64,000 nucleotides of DNA from Balanoglossus misakiensis (lineage: Eukaryota > Animalia > Hemichordata): assembly GCA_040954595.2 (NCBI GenBank), contig CM082582.2, positions 5,688,303-5,752,302 on the forward strand, in the 5' to 3' direction. Position 1 is the first letter of the stretch, and each line of letters starts with the position of its first letter. Below are positions 62,901-64,000 of the stretch, one piece after another. A program made the translations under genes and the position numbers. Below the pieces are notes generated by a model that was not told where the DNA came from, searched no databases, and was given only the letters and a program-made list of their open reading frames with translations.

Positions 62901-64000
62901 TTGATTTTGATGTTTTCATTGATATCAGAGATAATCTGCTCGGTGTTTGAGATCATAAAATTTGAGAGATATATGATAAGATGAGATATAATTCAATAAG
63001 TTTGTCTTGGGATACACTGAAATAATATACTAGACATAATATTGAGAATTGTAATGCAATGTCTACATTAAAAAAACCTGTGATCATAGCTATCAGAATT
63101 ATACATGTAGACAAAACAATATGATTAAAAAAAACCATCAAAATCAAAGCACAGAGTCAATGTTTCAAGACTTTGGATCACTGTAATTTTAGTGCTCACA
63201 CTTATGAGTATACTTTTTTCTCTTACCCTGTCTTTTCATATACTCAGCTATGGCCTGTGCCTTGTTTGGTCTAGACTCGTTTGTTTTGGCCCTTGGTGGA
63301 CGCACTGGGCTTGGGATGACACCTAAATGAGCCGTGGCTGGCTTGTATTTCTTGTATTTATCAGAGCCTGGGTATGAGCTGTGTTGGTGGGATGGGATGT
63401 GGGGGCCAGTACCTGTGTTTATTTGATTCGCGCTATTACCGGTGGTGCCCCGTGCACCGCTGGGGGTGGGGGTGGGTGCGGCGGGGGGCTGCGGGGCTTT
63501 CCTCTTCAGTGAGGGGGACTCTTGTTCCCGTTCGGATCTCGGTTTGATTGGAGCGCTGGCGTTCTTTGGTGGTGGTTGCGAGGACACAGGGTGACTGGTT
63601 GCCGCTGCCTGTAGTAGAGAGAAACATTGGACAAGTTATTAGTGTCTCTATCATGTGATGAAATCTTGGGAGCGTGTAAAATTTCCCAGCAATTTTCTTG
63701 GTGGTGCAACTGCATGTTATCAATTTTCTAGTAGAGTGTCATGTAATTTCTCTGAGTGTAAACCATTACTGGTATCAATCAAACTACTGGTACACAATGC
63801 ACAACAATAAAATTGGGTCCAAAACATCTTTCACTTTTGCTTGTTTGTTAGTCAGAAAATGTACGTGACGGAAACTCAAAAGGTGTCGTGTAAAATCACA
63901 CACTGACCTTTCGTACAGGTTCTGGGTTTGGTGTTCTCTGTTTCTTTGGAGGAGAGGGCACATCTTCATCTTCTTCTTCATAACCATCATCATCTACATC
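56998..64000 (-). CDS. ANLN: Anillin, 3' portion (anillin-homology and PH domains); gene starts beyond the window end
   Basis: Exons >64000-63908, 63608-63227, 62172-61832, 61484-61215, 60884-60746, 60175-60005, 59609-59486, 59087-58967, 58485-58354, 58086-57892, 57532-57360 and 57121-56998 are phase-consistent. Motifs [62 protein letters not shown] and SADTKEER..W match anillin. Confidence 0.95.
59706..59737. repeat. Short perfect hairpin
   Basis: TACCACGGTCACT-ccacac-AGTGACCGTGGTA. AGTGACCGTGG also occurs at ~2733. Confidence 0.6.
61546..61738. mobile_element. Diverged reverse copy of the Kolobok-like MITE (anillin intron)
   Basis: TTAAAGGTG...GTCACCTATGCA...TTTTCAGTGGGTGGCACAC...GGTGACTATAC matches the reverse complement of 29761-29947. 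Confidence 0.6.
62780..62874. repeat. Perfect 47-bp tandem duplication
   Basis: TCAAAGCAGTTCAGGTCAGGAGCAGATAGCTTTAGGGCTTACAGTGA twice. Confidence 0.92.

Overview
Gene-dense, intron-containing animal genomic DNA with AT-rich introns and GC3-rich exons. A marine invertebrate is my inference; the species cannot be fixed from sequence alone. I could assemble nine protein-coding loci by hand: AOAH (5' part, minus), TMEM143 (plus), an intact piggyBac-derived (PGBD) ORF (plus), KIAA0513 (minus), MPPE1/PGAP5 (plus), a small cytochrome b5 (minus), TCAIM (plus), a ~1880-aa multi-zinc-finger protein (plus) and anillin (3' part, minus). Three pairs are head-to-head. Introns and UTRs carry several short non-autonomous DNA-transposon (MITE) families with TTAA or TA flanks, plus microsatellites and small tandem duplications. 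The most interesting signals are: (1) a full-length piggyBac ORF that has lost two of its three catalytic aspartates, keeps its Cys-rich domain and has no visible TIRs, lying near copies of an 85-bp TTAA-flanked piggyBac-type MITE; (2) three GC-AG introns with the same AG|GCAAGT donor; (3) a TMEM143 exon starting AG|GTAAGT (recursive-splice-like) with phase-compatible downstream acceptors, one of them leading into the PGBD ORF. Gene identities rest on recalled motifs, not database searches. No tRNA, rRNA or CRISPR was seen.
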